Assembly: GCF_041146345.1 (NCBI RefSeq)
Contig: NW_027191405.1
Location: 744,001 to 808,000, forward strand
Reading direction: 5' to 3'
DNA length: 64,000 bases
From: Neodothiora populina
Lineage: Eukaryota
Positions 35,631 to 49,143 of this stretch are shown here, piece by piece. The notes under the pieces are model-generated. The model saw nothing but the letters and a program-made list of their open reading frames with translations, did no database searches and had not been told where the DNA came from. Numbering within the stretch: position 1 is the stretch's first letter; each line of letters opens with the position of its first letter. The translations under genes and the position numbers were made by a program.

Positions 35631-37168
35631 TTAGAACTCCCCATCGTCATCACTGCCGAATTCATCCACAACTTCAAAGTCGCCTACTTCGATGCGCTCC
35701 GGTCTCACAAACACACCGCTATTGGGCGCACACTCGAAGTAGCGTGTCTTCTTTCCCTCAGAACCCGCCCCCGCAATGCTACCGTCGTTCTTGCCCGTTG
35801 GTTCATCAAGGGCAACCCCGATCCATTGGCCCAATCCAGGGATCTCGGTGACCTCGCCTATGTACTTGACGGTTCCCCTACGTGCGTCTGTAGAGGCGGG
35901 GAGGAGTTGGCAACGAGCGCCAATCTTGATGCCTGTTAGGGGAAACCAAATAAGTCAGCCAGTTATTCATTCACCGAAATGAGCAGCCAGGTGAATGTAG
36001 GGTAAGCTTAGCGAGCAAGCATTGAAATGTGTGGAAGCAGTATAGAACCGTTCGTGGTCGCGCTTGGTGATCTTGATAAGAACTTTGTGGTGAGGCTCGT
36101 TCGGACGGTCACGATGGAGATGCATGGGTCCGACACGTGGATATCAATGCAGCTAGGCAGAAATCAATCTGTACACTGTAGAGTGCGATGACTGCTTTGC
36201 GTATTTGGAGATACATACCCCTTTCTTCGATTTCTCGCTGGACGGCGGCAATCTTCTTCTGCTCGATCGAGGGAGCATTTGGGTTGAAACGGCCAATTTT
36301 ATGAGCTCGCTTGTAGGCCAGGACACTATCGGTACGAGACTCATACTCGTCGGCTGGCATTTCATATTTCTGGATTCCCGATACGTCGTTATAGTTTTGC
36401 CGCAGACCTGGCGGACGGGTATCTGAAACCTAAGTTTGCATAGGGCCATCAGTATCATCGCAAGTGTGAAGTAAAGTTGCTGTTGATAATGGACAGTGCT
36501 CATGCATCTGATAGACAAGGATCGATCGCCGTACAACATCATGCCAGGCGGAATCGTGCGCCACAGCTGCCATGTCGTGCTTGTCTTCTGCATGATGTGG
36601 TGGTCGGTCTTCGTGAATCCCGTCTTGTGCCGACTGTGAAACTCAGCCGAGAGGGGGACATATATCCTATCATTCATATTCGACAAGCATCAAGATAGTG
36701 TCCGTCGTATGTGTTGAACCTAGAAGATAGCCAAGGTCTGAGGTTGGCGAGCCGTCTCAACAGCAAGGCATAGAAGCCGACATGTTACTTTGCCCTGGAG
36801 TTTCAACATCCCTGACTCCACGTTTGTACTCATTTCAACGTATCTCCATCCGCATGTAGGCTATGCATGTGTGGGAATTTGGAGTGCATGGATCAATCAT
36901 GGAAAGGCATAGAATCAGCACTCACATGAATTTCCGCATAAGCTTGTAGTGGATAATTGTTCAGCTGCACACTGGCTTCATTTTCTGATTGTAGGGGCTG
37001 AGCAGGCCATGATGAAACCTTCAATGATAGGCTCTGAGCAGATGCAGGTATGCCTGTGATAGGCTCCAATCGATCTTTGAGATGGGCGATCGTCCACGAG
37101 GGGGAGATCCGACGCTCCGACCGTGCGTTCTCCGATATAATAAGAAGGGGAATGTCCTGGGCCGACAT
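35631..37168 (-). CDS. TBCB: Tubulin folding cofactor B (Alp11/Alf1; UBL + CAP-Gly; 3 exons)
   Basis: SERRISPSWTIAHLKDRLEPITGIP; VSDTRPP; YESRTDSVLAYKR..KIGRF; CAP-Gly RGTVKYIG, WIGVALDEPTGKNDGS, RYFEC...GVFVRP. Confidence 0.93.
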
Positions 37169-38496
37169 GGTTTGGTGGTTGGTGACGAGGTGGGAGATCA
37201 AAGCCGACACGAACAATAAAAGTTGCACACCTAGGTGAGACGGGCTTACTCGTCCAGCTCAAGCGGCTTTTCTCCGGAGGTTTGGAAGTATTTCTCCGCA
37301 AGGTTCTGAACTTCTGAAATCTTTGGTGATAGACGAGCCGTGTGAGCCCTTGCTGCACTCTGAGATAGGTCAAGAATTACGACCATGTGTCGGTCTGGTG
37401 TATTCGAGACAACATCACTTTGATCCAGGGGGATCATCATGGACAATGCGTTGCTACTTTGAAGAAGATGGGGTGCACCTGCCTTCCACAAGGCACAGAG
37501 TCACCGAGATGCCGGTGGTCCGTCAGCGAACGATGTGTTCAACTTCGCTCCTTACCTTGCCTTAGCTTGTGATCCATCTTCGCGGGGCCGAACGTTGTCA
37601 GAGGAGGGTGCACTTAGGATATTCATGACTTGGTGTGTGATAACCTACAATACAGTAATAAATGCGGCTCAGAGTCTTGGCTACCTTACCGTTATGCGGC
37701 TTGCTAATTAGGTACCTTACCCTTACCTTATCTTCCTCAAGCTCACACGGCCTTCCAACCTATTTCCATTTTGAACTTCTACTGTATCTTTATACTTTTT
37801 GCACTTCGACCTCGATCGAGGGAAGGATCACAGATATACTTGTCGATCGGTAACGCGGTAAAATGGCTATTTTGACAGTCCGTGCTTCAGTTGTCGCTGT
37901 CCTCGAGGCCGCAAGATCCGTAATAATTGCCCACGATCAGATACTGGTGAAGACTACTTGCGGCGATCCATACGCCGGCTGTTCTGAACTGCTCCATGAC
38001 TTGAGGATATGCGCCTACTGAATCAGTCGAATATACCATTGACGGAAGGGCTGGAAACATAAGCGACAAGTGATGCTATAGGAGCCGCCTCGTCAACCAG
38101 GAATGTGAGACAATTGCGGAGTGGCCGAGCGCTTCCTTGGTGTCGGACGAATGCTTACCTATTTCACGGGCTCGCCATGGCACACGCGGAAGCGCAGCGG
38201 ACATAGATGTTTGACCGAACTTTGCGGAAAACGTGAGCAGGTGTTCGGCGCTGGGCTGGTACCTTATCATTTACCCTTATGTAGCGCAATACTTCGCATG
38301 TGGTGCAGCTGATGATGAGACGCCGCGATGTCATTGGGTATTCCCGCCGTACTAATGAAGGGGCAACGTCATCGTCCCTTGTAGATTGCCTTTAGCAATA
38401 ACGTGGCCTTGCGACGCGTACAGTAGTGCGAACGCACGTCAGGATGGGGGCGGACGATCGGGACAACGATCAAATGTGGTCAGCAGGCCTACTACA

Positions 38497-38497
<1 letters not shown>

Positions 38498-38529
<32 letters not shown>
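38498..38529. repeat. (CA)n microsatellite
   Basis: About 16 CA units. Confidence 0.95.
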
Positions 38530-38532
<3 letters not shown>

Positions 38533-40356
38533 GAGGCCAGATCAGATGAGAAGTAGTAGTTCGACTGCGCACCAGTGTTGCACAGCAGCAGATAACCACA
38601 TTCATCTCAGGTATTTCTCCGTCAATGAGGTGCCTATATGTCGCCGGATAAGTTTCACCGTGCCGAAACTTGATTCAAGCTTCATTCTCAATGGAAGGTG
38701 CCTGTGCGCGAGGACCGCTCGGTACAGCAGCCTTGTCAAGTCAAGTGTGCAAGCATGAGCTTCACACGACGCAGGCCTGGAGTTAAACATGAACCAAAGG
38801 TAGTGTAATAGCACGTCCTGCCACTGTCCCGGGCCAGATTGACTTTCTACGCCACCAACCGTTACCTGTCAGTCTGGACCACACAACTCTGCCTTACGGC
38901 GACTTTCACCGTGAAAATCCCGCTGTGCATCATCATTCGCCTTATGATCCCAGCAAGTTGTCCTGTGGCTGAGAGTGAGGTTCAGCGGCGCAGCAGTAAT
39001 ACCGACATGTGTGTGACCCTGATGATGTCCGATTAGCATCTCTCGAGCGAGAAGTGGAACCACACGGCAGCCTGTCAATTGCAGAGATTGATGTGGTAAT
39101 TAATAAGGTGATTGCTCGGCTCTAACAGCATGATCACCTGGGGGTACCGCATAATGACACAATTACGCGGATCATGGTTCGTGAGGTTCGGCTTTCACAG
39201 CGTCGATACGTCCTACGTCCTACGTCAGCTGCGGTCCTGTGGTATGTTATATCCACACCGCTCATGAATGCGTGGGAATGATGCTTCGCGAATCCCCCAC
39301 AGTAAGGTACACATCCATCACATCCGACAATGTCATTGTCACTTGAATGTCGAAGGAACCCGTTGTGACTACGAAGCGAATGGCGGCATTGGTGCAACAC
39401 CCAAATTCTTGGAAGAGCCTCATGTGCAAAAGCAAAGCACCATCTCCGCTGGTGAGTATAGATCGACCGCTAAAATCTGCGTCCCTGGCCAGCTGTTCTA
39501 GCATGGCGCGAGCTAATATCCTTGTCTTCCAGACCTTTTACCTGGTCGCATAGTGTGGCCCCGTCTTCTGTCGCAAATAGTCCGTCTAGCTGGTTTACCC
39601 ATGATCCACCCGGCGCGCACCTACTGTACATTGTTACCATCGCCGCAACGTTTATTTTAGTGGCTACCCCTACTTAGTGCCCGGCCTGTCACCATGTATT
39701 GGTTATCAACCGCTTCATTCCTTGCCCACTTGACTATTGGTACTCGCTCTCAGCGCACGTTTGACGGCAGATAATTGAAAAGTTTATGAGGTCCCCTTTC
39801 CACGTCCCAAGGTTGTTTCTTCCGTCGCACTTACTCTGGGAGTATCCGTCTGGCGCCAACCTAGTCGGAATTCGACTGTGGTAGGGGTCTTTCGCCTTCG
39901 TACATACGGTCGGGAATACCTTAAGTACCTTGTATGTCTGGTTCTAGCGAGTCATCTCACAACTCGGCGGCTCTCGATCTAGACAGTGCTCGTCCTTAAA
40001 GAGGCCAAGCATACCCTTTCTCAAGCCGATCGTTCACTCCATAGTTACTCATTCACTTCCTACCACTCTTTACGAAAGTTATTGCTTCACCCACGGCAAA
40101 CTTGGAAGATCAACATTGACCTTCCGCCTTGTCGACTCGAGCATCGCTTTTGATTCAAATAACTGCATCGATCTGTGGCGAGAGGCCTCACTTCGATAGT
40201 CTGACTGACACAGACTGTCGACTGATACTAGAGGGCCAGAAGCTCCAGGACCCTTATCTTTTACGACAGTGTCGTAGAGTACAAGTCGAAGCTTGTGCAT
40301 TTCCTTGTTTTTGGCTATTGATATCCCAACTCATTCCGGAAATCACTACCACCAAC

Positions 40357-41582
40357 ATGGATATCTCATCTCTTCTGGAGGGGGCTCCCCCAAAGAGCCC
40401 CTCTCCCAGTAACTTGAGCTCAACCTCCCAGAGTTCACAGAATGGACGTAAGCGAAAATTAGAGGTGGAGTCGAGATCAAATACGCTTGCACCAATGACA
40501 AGCACGATACTCCAGCCTGCATTTGCACCCAATGAACACTCATACAAAAGCTTACCTCGTCGCTTTCACCCTTCGAGCTACTCACAATCACAATATGCTC
40601 CTGCTTCTCAGGGGAGTTACCACCCTCAACAAACAGGGTTCAGCCACGTCCCAGCAATGGCGAGCCACGATCGTGGTCCTCCACTGCCGTCACTACAGCA
40701 TAGTCTTGGCAATGGCTCGTTACCTCCCAGCAAACGTCTGGCAGCGCACAGCACGAATACAGGCGAGTCACCAGTCAAGAAGAAGCAATCCAAATGGAGT
40801 CCAGAAGAGGACGCCGCGATCATTGAACTTCGAGGAAATGGAATGAAATGGGAGGATATATCGAAGCACTTGACTGGACGCAGTGCAATAAGCTGCCGTT
40901 TGCGTTTCCAGAATTACCTTGAACGACGATCCGAGTGGGACGATGAGAAAAAGAACAAGCTCGCAAGGCTCTATGAACGGTGGGTTATTTCTGATGCACC
41001 AGCTTCCTCCTTTGAATGTCTTGAAACTGATGATTTATCCACAGCTTCAAGAAAGACATGTGGGAGAAAATTGCAAAGGAGATGCAACTACCTTGGCGAG
41101 CTGCCGAAGCAATGCATTGGCAGATCGGAGAGGTAGAGATGGCAAGCCGCGCCAACGTGCCAGTCTTTCATCTTGCAAACCCTACATCGCATTCGTCCTC
41201 GCAACACCCACCCCAGCCACCTCCAACGCAGATTTACAGCTATCCTACACCGGCGTCGGTAGCTGGTACTGAGCGTGGCAGCACCAGTGTCTCGCCATCT
41301 GGCCAAAACATCCAGTATCACTTGCAATCCACATTACCATCGACACACAACCACACCTTACCGCAGATGTCAAATTCGATATCGCCTGGCACATGTCAGG
41401 CTCGCCGGAACAGTGCATCTTCGACGACCGATGGGGACAACAGAACGCGAGCTGACAGTACGCGGGATACCAAGCACTTTCCCATCTCGAGTGACTACAG
41501 CCAAGACTCATCGCGCCAGTACAGTAATAAGCGTTATTTGAGCCCGACTGGGGACAGGCTAGCTGGGTTCGAGAGCAGCTGA
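40357..41582 (+). CDS. Myb DNA-binding domain transcription factor (2 exons)
   Basis: KWSPEEDAAIIELRGNGMKWEDISKHLTGRSAISCRLRFQNYLE...LYER|FKKDMWEKIAKEMQLPWRAAEAMHW; intron 40980-41044. Confidence 0.9.
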
Positions 41583-42798
41583 CGTCAAGCCCAACATGCT
41601 GCTCCATTAAGTTTTGCGCGGAAGCTAAGAGCATACTGAATAAACATCGAAGCAAGGACATGATACGATTTTCTACCACATTGCTTGTTGCGAAGCAGTC
41701 AGCTTTGACTCGGCACATTTCAGGCGTTGAATATTTTGGAATGGCTGGGTCTGGGACCACGATATGTGGGTTGACTTTGCTTGAAGCTACGGCTCTACAC
41801 GCGGCGTTGCTCCATAACATTTTCTCCACGGAAGGAGTTATGATTATATTGCTGGAGACATGCACACCGCAGGGGGATACATCTGGGACATATATGCAGC
41901 AGTCGTAACATCATTCAATTTAATGAGCTCAATTGAGCCATCCCGCACAGATTCGATACTATTTCTCACGCTAATGACCAAGAAGACCACTTCGTCCTGT
42001 CTGCCGATGGCATTCCATCGAGTATTTCATACCATAGCGGTTCGCCAAATCACACCTCCTATACCTGTTCAGCGAATGGCGTATTGGAGGAGACGGTCAC
42101 GTAATCATACCGCTAACAATCCTTTCAACGAATGGCTCGTGGGATCAGCGCCGGAGAGCTGTTATTGGACCACCCAAGACGAACCCACTCCAGACTACGG
42201 ATTCGACTCCGAATGATCAATATTTCGAGCCTCTGACGACGCTGGTAGAGGCGCAATCTCGGTAGTCAAAAAATTACCATGACCCAGATCTTTGCCGCTT
42301 TATCGCCTTTGCCCGAGATGCAGAAGTGGGTTGAATATTGGTCATGCCATGCATGAACGCTGGACCTGTTATGCTGCTTAAACCTGCCGCCGGAGGAAGT
42401 TCCATAGTTTCCCAAGTCTTAGATAGTAGTCCCTTGGAGACGTTAGCTTTCCTTGTCCCTTTTCAGCCTTATACCCGTGCCCGCTCGTCCGTATCCGAAG
42501 CCCGCGAGATTTTGTACTGGTTCATTGCTGGGAGAAGCTCAGAGTCTTGGCTTTATTTGTCACCACCGACGTCTCTCCACCATCAAGATGTTTTGGCCTC
42601 GCCACATTGTACTGCTGTAGCATCTGCAGTAATTGTGACACAGACTATCCTGGCCTTCTCTACTATACAACTTTCTTTGGCACTTAAATTGTGATCGGTA
42701 TCAAATAAAGCTCGATGAGATTAGCCCGTCGTTGACTACAGAAGCTCAATCTACCACCTAGTGGTAGCATCGAACTGACAATTCGTCATTTATCCTAG

Positions 42799-44669
42799 AT
42801 GCCTACCCTATCGATAGTCAACTTCAATATCGTGTGTGCCACATTAGGCGGTTTCATCACAATCTTTGGACTGGTGTCTTATCTATTGAAGGAGCAATTC
42901 TATCTTTCTGAGGCCTGTATGTCTCAAGCTTCGCGATATTGCTCAATTGTAACGTACTAATACCAGATTTCCTAGTGATCTCACTCATTGCCGGTCTAAT
43001 ATTTTCTCCCCATGGCACTAATTTTATAAAACCTCTGGATTATGCAGCTGGTAGCGAGGAGAACCTTGAGACAATTACTTTGTATTTCACGAGATTGGTC
43101 CTCGGAGTTCAACTTGTTCTAGCTGGAGTTCAATTACCTAGCAAGTACCTTCAGAAAGAATGGAAATCATTAGCGCTATTGCTCGGGCCAGGCATGTGCA
43201 CCATGTGGATGTCGACGTCTTTACTGGTATGGGCACTCGTGCCTAACATCAGCATTCTCTTCGCTCTAGCTATTGGAGCATGTGTCACCCCCACTGACCC
43301 TGTCCTAAGCAACTCGATTGTGAAGGGCAAATTTGCCGACAAAAATATACCAGGAGAACTCCAGAAGATCATTATAGCTGAGTCAGGCGCGAATGATGGG
43401 TTGGGTTATCCATTTCTTTTTCTACCTCTATTCTTGATCAAATACATCGGCGACGGTGGTGCTGGTCAAACAGGTGGAGCCGGAAAAGCTATAGGTTACT
43501 GGTTCGGAGAGACTTGGGGCTATGAAATCCTTCTAAGTATCGTTTACGGCGCAGTCGTAGGTTGGATAGCTAAGGACCTCCTGCATTTTGCCGAGAAGCG
43601 CAAGTATGTTGACCGAGAGAGTTTTCTTGTCTTTGCAATCACGCTTGCAGCACGTAATCCGTCTTTCCCGTCATTCGTATATGATCTAACGATTGCTCAG
43701 CTCTTCATAGTCGGTACTGCCGGTATGGTAGGCAGTGACGATGTTCTGGCATGCTTCATTGCTGGAAATGCCTTCACGTGGGAGTGAGTGATATCTGGGC
43801 GTAGGACTTGTCTACTCGTGCTAATTATCGATAGCGACTGGTTCCGACTGGAGACCCTCGATGACTCTCTCCAACCCACAATTGATATGCTTCTAAATGT
43901 TGCAATCTTCATCTGGTTCGGTGCAATAACCCCGTGGTATCAATTTGTACACAACGACTCGATTCCAATCTATCGCCTGATCCCTCTCGGAATCCTGGTC
44001 CTTCTCTTCCGACGTTTGCCTATTGTCTTCGCCCTCCACAAGAAGATCCACCAGATCGAGGAACCCAAACAAGCACTCTTCGTGGGATTCTTTGGACCAA
44101 TCGGCGTCAGCGCCATCTTCTACCTCTACGTATCTCGTGAGTTCCTTCGCGGTATAACCGTAGACGGTGTCCAGCGCGAAGACGCCGCTCGTCTCTCCGA
44201 AGCAATGTTCATCGTCATATGGTTCCTCACAATCTGCAGCATCGTGGTCCACGGCCTCAGCATACCGCTAGGAAAGCTAGGCTTTCACCTTCCTCGCACG
44301 ATCTCCGCCGCCATATCAACCGAGCAAATTTTCCCGAACCGCGATAGCGAAGAGCCGTCCCCTGTGGAACTCGGTCCCGTGGCAGCAGATGCAGATCAGG
44401 GCAGAACGACCCGATTCCGACGTCTTCGGACCAGCTTCACTACTGCCAACAAATCTCTGCCAACCTCTGTACTCCGCTTCGGTCAGCACAACCGTCGTAA
44501 TGTACAGACCACTGCTGTTGGCCAGACGTCCATCCAGCTCGGGAAAAGAGGAATCTCACCACCTCTTATCGGACCTCCACAGCATCCAAGGCGGATAGAC
44601 CATGTCATCGCCGCACAAGGCGCATCGTCCAGTAACTCGTCCACAGTCCAAAGCGGACCCAGCGAGTAA
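42799..44669 (+). CDS. Plasma-membrane Na+(K+)/H+ antiporter, CPA1 Nha1/Sod2-related (4 exons)
   Basis: KEQFYLSEA, ACVTPTDPVL, ESGANDGLGYPF, GSDDVLACF, FVGFFGPIGV, SIVVHG and many TM segments. Confidence 0.92.
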
Positions 44670-45498
44670 ATCGCAGCAGGTCACCCTGAGTGATTCGACC
44701 TTCGAAGTTCCAGTGAGAAGTCCAGTTAGTGGAGAGGCCCAGCCGTTGTCATCTAGCAAGCATGGAACAACATCATCGACCACGTTACTGACCACGGAGA
44801 CAAGAGAGAGTGTGTAATGCAGCACTATCATACACGTCTCGTTCATGTCACACTTACATCGGGCTAGAAATAGCCGTCGATCTTCATATCACTGTTGTTG
44901 CACAATCTGCATGAAGGGGTCCCCTTTCAACCCTATTTGTGGGATCAAGCAATAGGAACAGCACAATAGCAGAATAAAGGACCCTCGAAATATGAGAAAA
45001 GAAAGGAAAGCTCGGGAATGACAATCGCAGAAGTCGACACCTCGCAGTTCCGGCTGGGGCTGGAGCGCAGAAATGACACATGCAACTTTTTCCAAGTGTG
45101 GAGAGGAAGTCGATATGAGCAATCATTGGACGATCAGAAGTCAGCTTGCAAGGAAGTTCAGAGCGGGCGGAATCCCTGGCCGATCGATTTGTATGGCTAG
45201 GAATGAGCGCTTTTTTTTGGGATTCTCATGTATACATAGAGCACGCGGTAGATCGCCCTAATGATAGTTTTTGACATGTATAGATTGTACAATTTGCCCC
45301 CCTATATTTCAAGCAGACGTTGTCGCAAACGGCTCGAGCACCGAGTGTTTCCAATAGTCCCGCCAGTTCTTAAAACACCTTTCGCTATGCTTTTGGATAT
45401 ATTTCCTCTTCTCTCGCCGTTGTTTTGTTCACCAGATAATACAGATTTCTTTTTTTCCTTAACACTTTTCAACGCCTTCAAAGAGCACCGACCAGCCT

Positions 45499-48400
45499 TC
45501 ATTCTTCCCTTGGGAACTCATCTTCAAGCTTCAGGGCGGCCTTGACGTTCATGGAGAGCAGTTCCTGGATGAGCAGCTTAGCGGCATAAGGCATAGTCAT
45601 GCGCACGACGCCCCTGGAGCTCTGGCAGCTCTGACACCAGTTCTGATAGCCCATCATGCCGCACGTCTCGCAGACGTCGACTTCGTGCGCGTCGGAGCTC
45701 AGCATCAGACGTTCGAGCAGCAGCTGCGAGGCGCCGTATGCGATCAGACAGTCGCGCTCCATCTCTCCTAGACGCAGACCGCCCTGTCTTGAGCGACCTT
45801 CTGTCGGTTGCCGGGTCAGGATGGCGCGCGGTCCCGTGGCGCGAGAGTGCATCTTGTCCTGGACCATGTGCTTCAGTTTTTGGTAGTAGATGGGTCCCAT
45901 GAAGACGTAGGCGGGTAGGGCCTCGCCCGTGATGCCAGATGTCAGGTAGTCTTTGCCGGAATAGCTGAATCCGTGGGAGATGAGTATGTCGCCCATGTCT
46001 TCGACTTTGGAGCCGCCGAAGGCTGTGCCGTACTCGTGGCCTCCGCGAAGGACTCCGGCTTTGCCACTGACGAGCTCGATCATCTTGCCGACTGTCATTC
46101 GAGAAGGGAAACCGTGAGGGTTCATGATGATGTCCGGACAGATACCCATGTCGTTGAAAGGCATGTCTGCTTGCTCTGCTAAGAGACCCACAACACCCTT
46201 TTGTCCGTGACGAGAGGAGAATTTGTCTCCCAGTTCGGGACGACGAGTCTGTCGTGTTTGGATCTTGATGATCGGCGTGTTGCTTTCATTGGCACTGATG
46301 AGCACCTTGTCTGCATAAGCTGGATCTGGTAGCTTGTAGGACATGTGTTGCGGTGCCCATTCTTGAGTCGCTCCGCCAGTGAGGTTCGTGACAGGTGCTT
46401 CTTTGAGCATGTAGCAATCTCCACTGTCAAGCTCAGCACCGACTTCAACCAAGCCGTCCTGACCGAGCTTCGAGTGCCTGGGGTTGTTGCGATCCCGGTC
46501 ACCGATACGATCTTGGGATCCGTTCGGATACGCTTTGAGCGGCATGCTGACTTTCTTAAAGACTTGGCAACGACCAAAGCCTCGATCACAAGAGCCTTTG
46601 TTCAGCACGAGTGCATCCTCAATATCGTAACCTGAGTAGGACATCACAGCAACCATCGCGTTTTGTCCTGCCGGCAGCTTATCGTACTTGATAAGCTCAA
46701 TCGTCCGGGTCTTGACCATTGGCTTCTGCGGGTATACCAAGAGATAGAGGATTGTATCGATACGCGTAAGTTGATTGTACGCAATGGCGCCGATTGCTTG
46801 TTTACCCATAGCGCATTGGTACGTATTACGAGGAGACTGGTTATGGTGAGGGTAAGGGATCAATCCAGCGACGGCACCGAGAATGGTGAAAGGCTCGATT
46901 TCCAGATGTGTTGTGTTTGTGTTGATGTCGTGTTCGTAAACGGCTATATTACAGTCGTTCTCTTCGTTGACATCGAGATATTCGACTAAGCCACGGGATA
47001 GGAAATCGTCGAACTCGAGAGTGCCTTTTCGGAGCGATTCGAGATATCTAGCCGTGACCTTGGATTTGCCATTCTCGACGACAATCAGAGGCCGAACGAT
47101 TCGACCTTCGTCCGTTGCGATGTGTACGCCGTGGTGATGGTGATTGATGTAAATCGAGACGAATTCTGAAATTCTTCCCATACGGCGGAAGCGTCTGAAG
47201 CCGATCAGGAATCGCTTTGGCTCTCGAGTCAGGGCAATAGGCGTTCCGTTCAGGAATACGATATAGGAGCCTTCTGTGTACAATTCTTCTCCACTCGCAG
47301 ATGTGACATCCTCGGCTCCGAGTACAAAAATCATCTTTCGGACTGGCTCATCCTCGTCAAGGGTAGTGATATGGGTCATCAAAGCCAAATTCTTGACCAA
47401 ACCACATGCTTCTCCCTCAGGGGTATCGGAAGTGCACAGCATACCGAATTGCGATGGCTGCAGCGCACGGGGACCAGACACTTTTCGAGTCTTCTCGAAC
47501 TGACTGGATATTCTGGTCATCATACCGAGCGCGGCTACGTAGGACAATCGACTGAGGACATGGGTAACGCCTGCTCTGTCCATTCTGAAACGCTTCAATG
47601 TCCAGTTTCCGGTCGATATAGCACGTTCGAGACCTTGCGTGATGCGTGATTCGTGCGTAGATACCCAGTCAGCAGGGTTGAACGCGCGCGTCCGGTTTGG
47701 CTTTCGTAATATCTTGTCCCAGCTCTGCTTGACCAGCTTGTTGAAGTCCTTGAAAAGATCCTCAAACAGGAGGGACATCATCGAGCCCGAAAGCTCCAAG
47801 CGTTTGTTACCAAGGTAGTCCCTGTCGTCCACCATCTTAGGATCGGCCATGGCCATCAAGACTCTTCGGACCATGAAGGACACGTATAAGGCCTTGGGCC
47901 TGAAGTTCATCGCCTTGACTGTGACGTGGGGGACAATGGTGTTAGCGAGCTTGTCAACCGCATTTTGCTTGTTAGTCTTCTTCGGTGCGCCATACTGGCC
48001 AAACTTTTCCGGTCTGAGTCGAGCACCGACGTATTCCAGAGCTTGCTCCTGCGTGAAAACTCCAGCACGGGCAGACTCCTCTAGATTCACAGCGAAGTCG
48101 TCTTGATAAGCAGCATTGGGTCCAGCAGCAAGAGACAATATCTCGTGATCCGACTGTACACCCATTGCCCGAAGAGCAATTGCCACAGGTATGTCTTCCA
48201 TTAAAGAGTTGTGCTTCAAGACGATTAAGCCTTTCTTGAGCAAGACATATGTTTTCGTTTTGACGTTTGCCGTGTGACTGGTTACAGAAGCCTGGATGAT
48301 TCCTTTCATTGACTCGACAATTACACGATTTTTACTGAGCTGCTCCTGCACCAGGATGACTTTTTCTTGTCCGCGGACGACGAAGTATCCACCAGGATCA

Positions 48401-49143
48401 ATAGCGCACTCGTTCAGAAGACCCATCTCTCCTTCCGGTCGGTTGTACAGCACGCATTTGTTACTTCGAAGCATGACAGGCATTCTACCGATGTAAACAT
48501 TACGCTCCATCTTGATACCGGTCTGGGATCGGCACTCAAAATCAACATAGATTGGAGCAGCATATGTCAGGTCGCGTAATCGGCACTCGTTAGGTGTGAT
48601 CATAGGTCCTGGTAGACGAGCGATTCTGTCTTCCGTGCGCTCAGGCTTTCCCACTCTGATGTCAGTGTATCTGATGAACATGTTAGGGTCAACATCGCTG
48701 TGGACCCTGTCGTTGGCCTTCAAGATGGACTTGAGCTCGGTGTCAACGAAAAAGTTGTACGAGTCCAAATGTTGCTTGATGAGCCCTTTGACTTTGAGGA
48801 ATGCAGGCAGAAGATTCCATTTGTCCCTTGCAGTGTCGATGGGATCAGTAAGACCTTTGTCATAGTAAAAAGGCTCTAGCAGAGTGTCCATGGGGTCAGT
48901 GCTATGGGAATGTCGCCGCTTGCGAAGCGGAGGATGTCCGGTCTCTCCATTCTGCGTCACACCTGTCTGCTCTGCAAGCGTTTCTGCTTGAGATTTTCCA
49001 GTTGTTGATTTTCTCCGGGATGCCTACATGAAAGTCAGCGCGCCACCACTTCACGAATTTTCTGAACATGTTCCGATGAGCAGCGGACTTACCTTGGAAG
49101 CATCCGTGGAGGCCTCCTTCTCCTTCCGCACCTTGGGCGGCAT
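45499..49143 (-). CDS. RET1: RNA polymerase III second-largest subunit (2 exons)
   Basis: DKWNLLPAFLKVKGL, FEKTRKVSGPRALQ, TPEGEACGL, GDKFSSRHGQKG, MNPHGFPSRMTVG, GGLRLGEMERD. Short first exon MPPKVRKEK. Confidence 0.97.

Noticed and set aside
37400..40300. Short ORFs upstream of the Myb gene
   Set aside because: No coherent exon chain or known motifs; consistent with a long regulatory region.
44602..44817. Frameshifted C-terminal extension of the antiporter
   Set aside because: Low-complexity tail with no conserved motif or clear slip/splice site to support it.
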